Source of the DNA: the human T2T-CHM13v2.0 reference genome, Homo sapiens
NCBI RefSeq assembly: GCF_009914755.1
Contig: NC_060931.1
DNA: 64,000 bases
Direction: 5' to 3' (one strand)
Shown: piece by piece, positions 63,001-64,000 of the stretch
How positions within the stretch are numbered: position 1 is the first letter of the stretch
Layout: each line of letters begins with the position of its first letter
Translations under genes and position numbers: made by a program
Notes under the pieces: model-generated
What the model was told of the DNA's origin: nothing
The model's input: only the letters and a program-made list of their open reading frames with translations
Database searches by the model: none

Positions 63001-63676
63001 TGTTATTTAATAATGAACTTGTCTGATCTTTATCTATGGTTCCTGAGAGACAATCTTCCAAACCTTTGGAATTTCCTGAGTTAAAGGAATATCTTTGCTA
63101 TTCATTCTAGGCTCTGGGAGCCACATCTGAATATATACTAATCAAGTGACTCATGGTGGGACCTAGATAGCTTTCATATGGAGGCCTGGTTGTTTCAGAA
63201 AGTCAAACAATGTGATAGGGCTTTAAGCCACAAGATATCAGCTCAACCTCTGGGGAGTGGAGGAAAATTGGAGACTGAATTCAATCACATTCCATCTATC
63301 ATGCCAAGATAAGGAAACTCAATGAAAACTCTGCACGCCGAAGCTGTGGGGAGCTTCCCTCTTTGGTGATACACATTAGTGTGCACAGAGGATGCCTTGT
63401 CCTAAGGACACGGGAGTTTCACATTTGGAACCTTCACAAAGGCCTTTCTATATGTCTTTCCATTGGTCCTGATTTGATACCTTTATAATAAAACTGTAAT
63501 AGTAAATATAGCATTTCTAGTGAATTATTGAATTTGAGGGGTTAATAAGAACCCCAAGTTTGTAGCCAGATGATCAGAAGTGAGGGTGGCTTGGAGATTC
63601 CCAAGTTTTAGGATGGTGTTTGAAGTGGGTGGTGTTTATCGAGGATTGTACCCTTAACCTATGAAGTTTAACTAAT
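63001..63676 (+). mobile_element. MER21-like ERVL solo LTR
   Basis: ttggaatttcctgag, ctttataataaaactgtaat and tagtgaattattgaa motifs. Confidence 0.7.
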
Positions 63677-63958
63677 TATTGTATACCCTTAATATGATGG
63701 AAGGAAAATGGCACATTACTTCTTTGATTTTTCTTCCAAAACCAATATCCCCAATTTAACTGTGAGAAAAATGAAATAAATCCAAATAGGGAAATATTCC
63801 ACCAAAGACCTGGCCAATTCTTCTCAAAATTGTCGAGGTCATAAAAAACAAGTCTGAGCCAAGAGAAGCTAAGGAGACATGCCAACTAAATGCAATGTGA
63901 CATCCTGGACGAGATCCTGGGACAGGGAAAAAATATTGGTTAAAAACTGAGAAAATCT

Positions 63959-64000
63959 AGGCCGGCCTGGTGGCTCGCGCCTGTAATCCCAGCACGTTGG
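63959..64000 (+). mobile_element. Alu 5' end (runs off the window)
   Basis: ggccggcctggtggctcgcgcctgtaatcccagcac. Confidence 0.9.

Larger units (their letters stand above)
53500..63958 (+). mobile_element. Fragmented L1MC/L1MD-type element hosting L1PB, MER44 and LTRs
   Basis: 5' region 54145-54210 homologous to the reverse complement of ~29760-29830; 3'UTR 63680-63958 homologous to the reverse complement of ~21760-22050. Confidence 0.7.

Noticed and set aside
53500-63958. Recent inverted segmental duplication with 21570-30655
   Set aside because: Similarity is only at the level expected for independent old L1 copies of a related family

Overview
AT-rich human (primate) non-coding genomic DNA. 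By eye, roughly three quarters is nested transposable elements: L1 of many ages, Alu, MaLR/ERV solo LTRs, L2/MIR, and MER5/MER58/MER44 DNA transposons. I can support no host protein-coding exon, RNA gene or CRISPR array. The dominant feature is a human-specific pre-Ta L1HS (48581-53070, ACG/G diagnostic bases, TSD at a TT/AAAA site). It is 5'-truncated inside ORF1 but keeps an uninterrupted 1275-aa ORF2. It has three peculiarities. Its truncation point lies almost at the homologous position of the old L1 ORF1 it landed in. A spacer mutation turns the short inter-ORF uORF into one overlapping the ORF2 start. ORF2p carries L708P next to the FADD motif. Other notable items are a poly(A)-tailed, 3'UTR-like retrocopy, an Alu whose tail is replaced by a copy of nearby L1 sequence, three L1s with twin-priming inversions (one only 11 bp), and several non-B-DNA microsatellites. 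I found no convincing new biological system. Repeat subfamily names and consensus comparisons come from memory and need RepeatMasker/Dfam confirmation.
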